Positions 40,195 to 51,800 of a stretch of DNA of 64,000 nucleotides are shown here, piece after piece. This stretch comes from Dendrobates tinctorius (lineage: Eukaryota). The notes under the pieces were generated by a model. The model had not been told where the DNA came from. It made no database searches and was given only the letters and a program-made list of their open reading frames with translations. The stretch spans positions 15,314,001 to 15,378,000 of the forward strand of contig NW_027361823.1 in assembly GCF_039654945.1 (NCBI RefSeq). The letters are read 5' to 3'. The translations under genes and the position numbers were made by a program. The stretch's first letter is position 1. Each line of letters begins with the position of its first letter.

Positions 40195-43100
40195 ATGAGG
40201 AAGGCTGGTGGAAGAGGCCGTGGAATTGGCTGGGGTTGGCAGCTGGTAATGATGGTGTTGGTGGTGGATCTGATGGTAGTGGCAAGAGCAAAATAGGACC
40301 GAATGCAGGAGGTGTTGAGCCTGCGTCATCGTCTGGCTACATAAGGCCTCGAACGCTTAGTTTTCTAGGAGTTGGCAAACCGCTTTTAAAGCCAGAGCAT
40401 CAGGAAAAAGTTTTGTCTTACATTGCTGACTCAGCCTCCAGCTCTATCGCCTCCTCTTCTTCAGTTGTAAAAAGTAAAAGCACTGAGTCGTCATTGGAGG
40501 CTCATGTTCATGAACCACAAATTTCCTTGTGTCCTTCACCCCAACCAAGATTGAAGGATGACGCAGGCCATACTACTGATTACTCCATGGAGCTGTTTTC
40601 ACATACCATGCCTGGATTATCAAGTCAAATGGTGAATTACCCAGGCCAAGATGAATCTGACATGGAGTGCACTGATGCACAGCCGCTGATGGATGATTCT
40701 GCTGGTACATTCACTCAGGGCACTACATTGTCCTCGCAGTGTACAGAGCCAGATTCTGACCCTGATGAGACTCAGGTGCCCCTTCCCGCACACTATACCA
40801 CCATACACGGTGACACAGAGGAAGGTGCACATGACATAGAAGAGGAGGTGATGGATGACCCAGTTGTTGACCCAGATTGGCATCCATTGGGGGAAGAGGG
40901 TGCTGCTTCCAATAGCTCAGATGAGGAGCATCCACAGCAGACATCGACATCGCAACAGCTGTTATCTGGCAGGCCCGTAGCACTCCAAAGACAGGTTCCA
41001 AACATCAAAAGAGTTGCTGGACAGCTTGTCCAGAGGGTCAAAAGATCACAGCGTGCTAGGCCGCAAAATGTCTGCCAAAGTAGGAAGAGTGCAGTGTGGC
41101 ACTTTTTTGAACAAAATCCTCATGATCAGGCCAAGGTTATCTGTAAGAAGTGCGCAAAGACCTTTAGCCGAGGGAAAAATCTGAAAAATTTGAATACCAG
41201 TTGCATGCTTAGACATTTAACCAGCATGCACTTGCAAGCGTGGACACAACACCAAACCTCAAGTGCCACATGTGCAACTGATCACAACGAAGGTAGTCAG
41301 CAACGCTACATTGTTTCCCCCACTGTAAGCCCACCGGTTAGCACAGCAGCAAATGTTGAGGTGTCGTTGCAAGGCCACAGCAGTCAGGGAATCCAACTGT
41401 TATATCAACGAAAGACTGATTCTAGGCCATCAGAAAGAACACCAACTCCATCACCATCATCAACCCTCTCTCAGTCCGCCCTGTCCACCGCTACTTCCAC
41501 CATATGCAGCTCTCAAGTCCAGCTCACCCTCCCAGACACTATGAGTAGGTCAAGAAAGTACTCAGTCTCTCATCCGCGTACATTGGGTTTGAACGCCCAC
41601 ATTGCTAAACTAATCTCGTTTGAGATGATGCCCTTTCGGTTGGTGGAAAGCGCAGCTTTCCGCGAACTCATGGCCTATGCAGTACCACGCTATGACCTAC
41701 CCAGTTGCCACTTCTTCTCTCGCAAAGCCATCCCAGCCCTACACCATCATGTGAAAGACCGCATTGTCCATGCACTCAAGCAGTCAGTGAGCGGAAAGGT
41801 GCACCTCACAACTGATGCATGGTCCAGTCGGCATGGCCAGGGCCGTTACGTGTCCATCACTGCGCACTGGGTTAATGTGGTGGATGCAGGGTCCACAGGG
41901 GACAGTGGTGGTGGGACAGTGCTGCCTAGCCCACGGTATAGGAAACAGTTGGCTGTAGGCGTTCGACCCTCCTCCTCCTCCAGAAGCGAAAGCTCGTCCT
42001 CAGAGCACAGTCGTACGAGCACTCCATCTGCAGCTGCCACTGTTGCACACGATGTGTCCCCCTATCGAGCAGCTAGTGGAAAGCGTCAGCAGGCTGTGTT
42101 GCAGATGATGTGTTTGGGCAACAGACACACCGCCGAGGTGCTGGCCGAGTACTTGAAGCGACAAACTGAGTCATGGCTGGGCAGTGTACATCTTGAGGCA
42201 GGCAAGGTAGTTAGTGATAACGGCCGTAATTTTGTGGCAGCCATAGCCCGTTCGTATGCAGAAGCTGCAGCGATTGCTCCACCTTCCCAACCACCGCCTT
42301 ATTATCGACATTGCAACAAGGTGGAACTCCACCCTGCACATGGTGGAGCGGCTGTGCGAGCAGAGGCAGGTCATAATGCATTTGTGGGAGGATACACGGC
42401 CAGGCACTTTGAGAGCAGACATGGAGTTGACAGGTGTGCAGTGGTCGAAGCTGAAAGACCTCTGTAAAGTCCTTCAGTGTTTTGAGGAATGCACACGGCT
42501 GGTAAGCGCAGACGACGCCATCCTAAGCATGAGCATCCCACTTATGCGTCTGCTCATGCAAACTTTGACGCACCTTAAGGAGCAGGCGTCTGCAGCCAAT
42601 GTTGATGAGGAGGAAGAGGAGGAGGGAATCCTTGATGACATTCAGCCATTGTCTGCTCAGGGACCTCTCCTGGACGAGGTGGAGGAAGAAGAGGAGGAGG
42701 AGGATGATGATGGGGATGATTACTTAGGGGAGGAGGATGCATCTCGTGGGGCAAGTGAAAATGTTGGCGTGGCAAGGTCTGGTACAGGGTTTGTGCGTGA
42801 CTGGAGGGATGTGGATTTGCCAGAAAGTGCTCCTCCACCCAGCACTCGCAGTGCATCATTGACACCGGGAACATTGGCCCACATGTCAGATTATGCCTTG
42901 CAGATCCTAAAAAGGGACCCCCGCATTGCCAAAATGATGAACGATGACGACTACTGGTTGGCCAGCATCCTGGTTCCACGCTATAAAGGCAAATTACAAA
43001 ACATCATGCCACAGGAGAACCTTTACCTAATATTGGCTAATAAACAAGCAACTCTGGTACATCGGTTGCTTGAGGCATTCCCAGCACACAGCAGCGGTGA

Positions 43101-43581
43101 TGGTTCTCACACGAGCCGTACGGGCCGGGGGCAGCTTGGCAGAGGTGTTCGTGGTGCACACAGCAGAAGTGGCGTTGGAGACAGGGGTTTCATGAGAATG
43201 TTGTGGACTGGTTTTTCAAATACCGCTCACACAACTGGTAATACTGCATCGATGGAAAGTGACAGGAGACAGCAGTTGTCAACTATGATAACAAACTACT
43301 TTTCCTCCCATATCGATGTTCTCCCACACAGGTCATTCCCCTTTGACTATTGGGCCGCTAAACTGGACACCTGGCCTGAATTGGCCCAATATGCCTTACA
43401 GGAGCTCGCTTGCCCAGCTGCAAGTGTGCTATCGGAAAGAGTCTTCAGTGCAGCTGGATCAATCCTGACAGAAAAAAGGACCCGTCTGTCAACCCAAAAT
43501 GTGGATGATCTAACCTTCATTAAAATGAACCATGCATGGGTTTCCAAGGATTTTGTCCCACCTTCCCCTGATGACACATAG
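40195..43581 (+). pseudogene. BED-finger hAT transposase B, inactivated
   Basis: ATG 40195 gives MRKAGGRGRG, with a frameshift near 40230. It contains the BED finger (VWHFF...ICKKC...LRHLTSMH), LTTDAWS, SDNG, ATRWNST and CPAASVLSERVFS. A frameshifting deletion near 42250 removes the CxxH segment present in transposase A. Confidence 0.94.
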
Positions 43582-44000
43582 GGTGACAGAAAAATGGCTT
43601 GCTTTGGTCCACCTCTTCCTGGGACTTCACCTATTTCGCCTTTTGCATCAGCTGAATGTCCAACATCAACATATGCCACTTTCTAAAACTCCCTAACTGT
43701 GCTGCCTCCCCCCCCATGGCTGGGGTCACCACCTAGCGAACGACACCGTGCAAGTGCCGTTGCCCTGGACAGGTGGGTAGGCTGACTCTTGGGCGCGGGC
43801 ACTGGCACAGGGTCCCTCATAGTGCAATCAAGTGTCTCTGACGGTGGTGGTGCACACCCACCGTCAGACACACCGCTGTACTATGAGGGGCCCAGTGCCA
43901 GTACCGACGCCCACGAATGGGCCCCCCTTGCTTGGGCAGGGCCCCAGCATTTGCAATCTTTACCTCTCCCTGCTCCTCCGCTGTGTAATCTGGGCCGTCA

Positions 44001-44392
44001 AATCCATACTGTGCCTGACACCGTCTGAGCCTGCCTCCTGAGACATATATTTTGAATGTGTACGCTATCCATACATGTTATCCGGGGAAACGGTACCCTT
44101 TCTAACCTTTGTGCATTCACGTGCAATCCATACTGGGCCTAACACCGTCTGAGCCTGCCTCCTGAGACATATATTTTGAATGTGTACGCTATCCATACAT
44201 GTTATCTGGGGATACGGTACCCTTTCTAACCTTTGTGCAATCACGTGCAATCCATACTGGGCCTAACACCGTCTGAGCCTGCCTCCTGATGTATAGACAT
44301 ATATTTTGAATGTGTACGCTATCCATACATGTTATCTGGGGATACGGTACCCTTTCTCACCTTTGTGCAATCACGTGTAATCCATACTGGGC
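44001..44392. repeat. 124-bp tandem repeat, 3 copies, in the hAT B 3' region
   Basis: AATCCATACT recurs at 44001, 44125, 44249 and 44379; the last unit has a 6-bp insertion. Confidence 0.92.
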
Positions 44393-44501
44393 GTGAGAAC
44401 GGCTGGCGAGCTGTTAAGCAAGCTACAGCACCTGTGGTTTGCACACGTAAGTTTTTAATTTTTTCAGGAATGACGGTTAGGCCTAATTCCGGAACTGCAG
44501 T

Positions 44502-44978
44502 TGACCTGCACTTACTGGGAAATCATCGTTCGCGGGTAATAATTGTAATCAGTGATCCCCATCACTAACGTTGTTCAGCGGGTTATCTGCACCCGTAAGC
44601 GACAAACGCTGGCCTTTTCAGTGTAGCGCACATGCAGCCACGGACATTTAAGGGCATGACACACCAGTTATTGGCCAATCTCATGTGCCAGAGCCTCACG
44701 TGTCCCTCTAGTAAGCCGGACTCGGACCGCGGGGCATGACGGAGTCTCGTTCGTTAACGGAATTAAGCTTGCAATGTGTGCATCTGTTCTGTAGCTGTCA
44801 TGGTTGAGGTTTCCCAGGTGGAGTCGAATTTAACCGTAGGCTCCACTCCTGGTGGTGCCCTTCTGGACATTCCTTTAAGGTTCAGCTTTGCAACCATACT
44901 GCCCACGTAAAACAAACACTTTGCCTTCATGAACGCTGTTTGGAGGGTCATGACTCGTGGGAATAACGCCGCCCAATC
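44502..44978 (-). pseudogene. Degenerate 18S (SSU) rRNA fragment inside hAT B
   Basis: The plus strand has collinear blocks matching reverse-complemented vertebrate 18S: CACTTACTGGGAA, GATCCCCATCAC, TCAGTGTAGCGC, CGGACATtTAAGGGCAT, TGTCCCTCTA, GAGTCTCGTTCGTTA, GGCTCCACTCCTGGTGGTGCCCTTC, TTCCTTTAAG, TTCAGCTTTGCAACCATACT, TGGGAATAACGCCGCC. Confidence 0.92.
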
Positions 44979-47900
44979 AGTTAACCTGCTAGAGAGATCC
45001 TTCGTTGCTCCCAAGCATGACATCACACTCCCTAGGAAGAAGGTAATGCCACTGTGGCGACCGTACTCCTGGGGGCGACACAAGTGCACTGATGCCCAGC
45101 CACTGCTCGATGAATCTGCTGGGACATTGACCCAGACCACTACATTCCCCTCGCATGCTACACGACCTGAATCTGACCCTGATGAAACTCAGGTTACCCT
45201 TCCCATATACAGTTCCATCTTACACGGTGACAAAGAGGAAGCTGCAGATGAAAGTGCAGGTTCGGCCACCCGCCATCAGACACACCACCGTACTATCATG
45301 GGCCCTGTGCCAGTGCCGTCGCCAACGAGTGGGCCCCCCCTGCTTGCCCAGGATCACAGCACTTGCAAAGTTGAAATACTGTGCAGTGAGATGGAAGATG
45401 GGGACGACGAGGAATCCAGAGAAGTACAGGGATTCCCTAGCGAGGAGACTTATTTGATTGTTTTCAATGTTGGGACAGCAATTTTTGGGGAGTACTATAC
45501 TCTGGAGAATGATAGATGGGGCCCACCATACACTGGAACATTCCAACGGTGGACATCAGACACTGGTGCAGCATTTACAGGGCCCATTATACACTAGAGC
45601 ATTAGAAATGGGGCCCATTATGTTTGGAGCATTATTTGGGCCCATAAGACAGTGGAGCTTCATCCATGGGGACCAACATATACTGTAGCATTATGTGGAG
45701 CTCATCATATACTGTTTCAAAAACATTATATGGGACCAATGATTCTGTATGGAGAAATAGATGGGCCTCGTCATGAGATGTAAAAAGTGAGGTATTTTTC
45801 ATTGTACTATACCGCTATTTCTCTGCCGTATCGGAGCATGATGAGTTGTGGTATGTGTTAAAGGGGCGCTCTTTCGCCCAGGGCACATGAAAACCTGCAG
45901 CCAGCCCTCCCCCCCACAACTTTAGCCAAATAACCCCCATTTTTCAGTGCGTAACTTGTATTATGAAGTTAATTAAGGTTGACAAGCTTAAGTAAGAAGA
46001 ATTGATGCTTTTGACATTCAAATGGGCACTGTAGGTGTGTTTCCTGTCCTCCTCTCACTGCCGACTTTTATTCCCCATTGACTTACATTGGGTTTCGTGT
46101 TTCGGGACGACCCCGATTTTTCCCTATAATCGGACGATCTTGCTCGACCTGACTTTTAGAAAAGTCGGGTTTCACGAAACGAAACGCGACCCTAAAAAAC
46201 CAAAAGTCGCTCAACTCTACTCACTATGCTCCGAAGACAGCATTGGTGATGGAGGAGTTGTCATAGCAAGTATCTACGGGCAGCACATATGATATCAAGA
46301 GAGGGATGACACTGTGGCTGGAACTTGTTGGCAAAATTAGTGTGTTTGCTGTACAGCAGCTCATCAAGAGTAACTGTATTTGCTGGCATGCTTGTGATCA
46401 CAATCAGTTTTGGCCAAGTTTTAATTTTTGAATAGAATGCCTCACATTTGACTGTAAAATATTTTGGTGCATGGGAGGAGTTCATGTTTGACTCCATGAC
46501 TGCAAAGGTACACAAATCTTTTGGCTGCAAACAAACTCAAATCATCACCCCTTTGATTTTCACCAAACACGGTGTTAGGGTTGTGGATCGCACTAAATAT
46601 AAAATATAAGTAAGTGCGATCGCAACCCATGGTCCACCATGCATAGATGGTAAACTGCTGCTCGGTAATGGCGGAGTACTAACTGGACACCGGCAGGTTA
46701 ACCACTGACCCGGTGTGCACAGGACTGAACTCTGTTACCTCACAGAGCCGATGGAACAAATGCCAGAGTCTGTTTATCTTTACAGGAGTTGGCAGGGGAG
46801 CGCTAGTGTAGAGACACAGGACTCTGCCCCAAGGACACAGGGTTAGAGTCCCTCTAGCCCCACTAGCTTTCAGCACCGTGACTGCAGTGCCTTGACAGAT
46901 GCTTAACCCCTTCCTGACATCCGACGTACTATCCCGTCCACGGTACCCGGGCCCGTATGACCGTGGACGGGATAGTACGTCTACCGCTATCAGCGGCGCC
47001 CACGTGGTGAGCGCCGCTGATCGTGGCCGGGTGTCAGCTGATTATCACAGCTGACACCCGGCACTATGTGTCAGGGGCGGTCACGGACCGCCCCCGACAC
47101 GTTAACCCCTTGCACACCGCGATCAAACATGATCGCGGTGTACCGGGAGTTAAAGGGAAGCATCGGCAGGGAGGGGGCTCCCTCCGTGCTTCCCTGAGCC
47201 CCCCACGGCAGCGCTGCTGCGGGGGGCTCCTATCCTCCAGGCCCCCGAATCCAAGATGGCGACGGGGGCCTTCGGGGACCTGAGGAAGCTGGCTTCCTCA
47301 GTGCCTGCAAAGCGCAGGCAAGAGGAAGTCTGCTTCAATGCCTGTGACAGATTGCTGATCTGTCACAGTGATCTGTGATGTGACAGATCAGCGATCTGTC
47401 ACAGGACAGTGATGTCCCACCTGGGACTATGTAATAAAGTAAAAAAAAAATAAAAAAAAAATGTAAAAATAAATTTAAAAAAATCGCCAAATAAATTAGT
47501 AAAAAAAAAAAAAAATATTCCCCAATAAATTCATTTTTTGAAAATAATAAAAAAAAAACCCAATAAAAGTACACATATTAGGTATCGCCGCGTCCGTAAT
47601 GACCCGCCCTATAAAACTGTCCCATTAGTTAACCCTTTTAGCGAACCCCTTAAAAAATAAAAATAAAAAACGAAGCAAAAAATAATGATTTATTATCATA
47701 CCGCCAAACAAAAAGTGTAATAACGCGCGATCAAAAAGACACATATAAATATCCATGGTACCACTGAAAACGTCATCTTGTCCCGCAAAAAACGAGCCAC
47801 CACACAGCATCATCAGCGAAAAAATAAAAAAGTTATAGCTCACAGAATAAAGCGATGCAAAAATAATTATTTTTTATATAAAATAGTTTTCATTGCAGAA

Positions 47901-48373
47901 AACCGACAAAAACATAAAAAAAGACCTAAATGAGGTATCGCTGTAACCGTACTGACCCGAAGAATAAAACCGCCTTATCAATTTTACCGCACGCTGAACG
48001 GTGTAAACGCACCCCCCCAAAAGAAATTCATGAAACGCTGGTTTTTGTTCATTCTGCGTCCCAAAAATAGGAATAAAAAGTGATCAAAAAATGTCACGTG
48101 CCCGAAAATGGTACCAATAAAAACGTCAACTCGTCCCGCAAAAAATAAGACCTCACATGACTCAGTGGGTCAAAACACGGAAAAATTATAGCTCTCAAAA
48201 TGTGGTGATGCAAAAACTATTTTTACAATAAAAAGCGTCTTTTAGCGTGTGACAGCCACCAAAAATAAAAACCGCCATAAATAGTAAATCAACCCCCCGT
48301 TATCACCCCCTTAGTTAGGGAAAAATAATAAAACTAAAAAAAAGTATTTATCTCCATTTTCCCGTTAGGGTAA

Positions 48374-48729
48374 GGCTGTGTGCACACGCTGCGGATTAGG
48401 TGCGGATTCATCCGCGCGGATTTTGTAAAATCCGCAGGTGAAACCGCAGGTCAAAAGACCTGCGGTTTTACCTGCAGATTGCTCTGCGGTTTTGTCCTGC
48501 GGTTTTTCATCTCCTCAATAGAGGAGATGGCAAACCGCAGGAGAATCCGCAGAAAGAATTGACATGTCAATTCTTTCTGCGGATTGAAAACCGCAGATAA
48601 TCCGCGCGGAAAATTCCGCACCGTCTGCACTGCGGTTTTTGATTCCCACAGGGAATCATGGTACTGGGGTCCGCAGCAGCCAAAACCGCTGCAGAACCGC
48701 AGCAAAATCCGCAGCGTGTGCACACAGCC
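48374..48729. mobile_element. Harbinger-type MITE inserted in the telomere-like tract
   Basis: TAA|GGCTGTGTGCACACGCTGCGGATT...AATCCGCAGCGTGTGCACACAGCC|TTA. It is absent at the equivalent site (~36370) of the inverted copy. Confidence 0.9.
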
Positions 48730-48843
48730 TTAGGGTTAGGGTTAGGGCTAGGGTTAGGGCTAGGGTTAGGGCTAGGGCTAGGGCTAGGGCTAGGGTTAGG
48801 GCTCAGATTAGGGTTAGGGGTGTGTTGGGGTTAGGGTTGGAGT
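48730..48843. repeat. Telomere-like (TTAGGG/CTAGGG)n tract
   Basis: ttagggttagggttagggctagggttagggctagggttagggctagggctagggctagggctagggttaggg... Confidence 0.9.
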
Positions 48844-48849
48844 TATAAT

Positions 48850-51800
48850 TGGGGGTTTCCACTGTTTGGGCACATCAGGGGCTCTCCAAATGCAACATGG
48901 CGTCTGATCTCAATTCCAGCCAATTCTGAGTTGAAAAAGTCAAATGGTGCTCCTTCCCTTCCAAGCTCTGCCATGCGCCCAAACAGTGTTTTACCCCCAC
49001 ATGTAGGGTATCAGCCTACTCAGGACAAATTGCAAAACAATTTTTGGGGTCCAATTTCTCCTGTTACCCTTAGGAAAATAAAAAATTGGGGGCAAAAATA
49101 TCATTTTTGTGGAAAAAAATTATTTTTTTATTTTCACGTCCGAGTGTTATAAACTTCTGTGAAGCACTTGGGGGTTCAAAGTGCTCATCACACATCTAGA
49201 TAAGTTCCGTGGGGGGTCTAGTGTCCAAAATGGGGTCACTTGTGGGGAGTTTCAATAGTTTAGGTACATCAGGGGCTCTCCAAACGCACATGACACCCGC
49301 AGACCATTCCATCAAAGTCTGCATTCCAAAACGTCACTGCTTCCCTTCCGAGCCCCGACGTGTGTCCATACAGTAGTTTTCTCCCACATATGGGGTGTCA
49401 GCGTACTCAGGCCAAATTGGACAACAACTTTTGGGGTCCAATTTCTCCTGTTACCCTTGGGAAAATGAAAAAATTGCGGACTAATTGATCATGTTTCTGG
49501 AAAAAATACGATTTTTTTATTTTCATGCCCTGGCATTATAAACTTCTGTGAAGACCTTGGGGGTTCAAAGTGCTCACCTCACATCTAGATAAGTTCCTTA
49601 GTGGGTCTAGTTTTCAAAATGGGGTCATTTGTGGGGGGGTTTCCACTGTTTAGGTACATTAGGGGCTCTCCAAAGGCAACATGACACCCGCAGACCATTC
49701 CATCAAAGTCTGCATACCAAAACGTCACTACTTCCCTTCCGAGCCCCGACGTGTGCCCATACAGTAGTTTTCACCCACATATGGGGTATCAGCATACTCA
49801 GGACAAATTGGACAACAACTTTTGGGGTTCAATTTCTCCTGGTACCCTTGGGAAAATAAAAAAATGGTGACTAAAAGATCATGTTTGTGGAAAAAATACG
49901 AATTTTTTATTTTCTCGCCCGAGCGTTATAAACTTCTGTGAAGCACTGGGGGGGTCAAAGTGCTCACCACACATCTAGATAAGTTCCTTTGGGGGTCTAG
50001 TTTACAAAATGGTGTCATTTGTGGGGGGTTTCCACTGTTTAGGTACATTAGGGGCTCTCCAAAGGCAACATGACACCCGCAGACCATTCCATCAAAGTCT
50101 GCATTCCAAAACGTCACTACTTCCCTTCCGAGCCCCGACGTGTGCCCATACAGTAGTTTTCTCCCACATATGGGGTATCAGCATACTCAGGACAAATTAG
50201 ACAACAACTTTTGGGGTCCAATTTCTCCTGGTACCCTTGGGAAAATAAAAAAATGGTGACTAAAAGATCATGTTTGTGGAAAAAATACGAATTATTTATT
50301 TTCACGCCCGGGCATTATAAACTTCTGTGAAGCACTGGGGGGGTCAAAGTGCTCACCACACATCTAGATAAGTTCCTTAGGGGGTCTAGTTTCCAAAATG
50401 GTGTCATTTGTGGGGGGTTTCCACTGTTTTGGTACATCAGGAGTTTTCCAAACGCGACATGGTGTCCGATCTCAATTCCAGCCAAAAACGTCAAATGGCG
50501 CTGCTTCCCTTCCGAGCTCTGCCATGCGCCCAAATAGTGGTTTACCCCCACATGTGGGGTATCAGCGTACTCAGAACAAATTGCACAATAACTTTTACGG
50601 TCTTGTTACCCTTGGAAAAATAAGAATTGAGGGTGAAAAGATCATTTTTGTGGAAAAAATATGATTTTTTAACTGTATGGCTTTATGTTATAAATAGTGT
50701 TGAGCATTCCGATACCGCAAGTATCGGGTATCGGCCGATACTTGCTGTATCGGAATTCTGATACCGACTTCCGATATTTTTTCAATATCGGAATTCGGCA
50801 TCGGAATCGTAAGTTCAAAGTTGATTGACAGACTGACGTCATCATGATGCGCGATGTGTGCGCATCATGATGCGCCGTCATTTCGGGCCTGCCGGGGGGC
50901 TGTGTGGACTGCCCGGGGTCTGTACCGGCCTGCCGGGGGGCTGTGCCGGCCTGCCGGTGGTCTGTGCACCCTGTGGGGGTCTGTACCGGCCTGCCGGGGG
51001 GCTGTGCCGGCCTGCCGGTGGTCTGTGCACCCTGTGGGGGTCTGTACCGGCCTGCCGGGGGGCTGTGCCGGCCTGCCGGTGGTCTGTGCACCCTGTGGGG
51101 GTCTGTACCGGCCTGCCGGGGGGCTGTGCCGGCCTGCCGGGGGGCTGTGCTGATGTCCGGGGGTCTGTGCAAGCATCGTCCGATGGGACTACAAGTCCCA
51201 TCGGGCGATGCCTGCTACCATGACAGTGATTGACACATTAGCCAATGATGGGACAGTAGTAGTCCCATCATCCGGCTAATGTGTTAAATGTTAAAAAAAA
51301 AAAAAAAAAAAAATACTACATGCATACTACATACATACTACATGCTACATACATACTACATATATATTACATACATACTACATACATGCTACATACATAC
51401 TGAATGCTACATACATACTACATACATACTACATACATACTACATGCATGCTACATACATACTACATGCATGCTACATACATACTACATGCATGCTACAT
51501 GCATGCTACATACATACTACATGCATGCTACATACATACTACATACTACATACATACCACATACATAATACATACATACTACATACTACATATATACTAC
51601 ATGCATGCTACATACATACTACATGCTACATACATACCACATACATACTACATACATGCTACATACTACATACATACTACATGCATGCTACATACATACT
51701 ACATACATACTACATGCATGCTACATACATACTACATGCATGCTACATACATACTACATGCTACATACATACCACATACATACTACATGCTACATACATA

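Larger units (their letters stand above)
37982..46219 (+). mobile_element. hAT transposon family B, both ends intact (8.24 kb)
   Basis: Perfect 13-bp TIR TAGAGTTGAGCGA / TCGCTCAACTCTA with perfect 8-bp TSD CTCACTAT (37974-37981, 46220-46227). AAGTCG subterminal repeats occur at both ends. Confidence 0.96.

Noticed and set aside
39816-42467. 883-aa ORF as an intact protein
   Set aside because: Its N-terminus is translated tandem repeat. The real start is probably ATG 40195 in another frame, and the C-terminus goes out of frame at the ~42250 deletion.
44502-44978. Functional rRNA gene or rDNA unit
   Set aside because: It is partial, has substitutions in universally conserved positions and an internal deletion, and has no ITS, 5.8S or 28S nearby.
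44929-45597. 222-aa ORF as a second hAT gene
   Set aside because: It is a patchwork of antisense 18S, a transposase fragment and a 3'UTR repeat, with no coherent domain or expression evidence.
48730-48843. True chromosome end or telomere fusion
   Set aside because: The tract is short and degenerate, and sits at the same internal position in two copies of a transposon.
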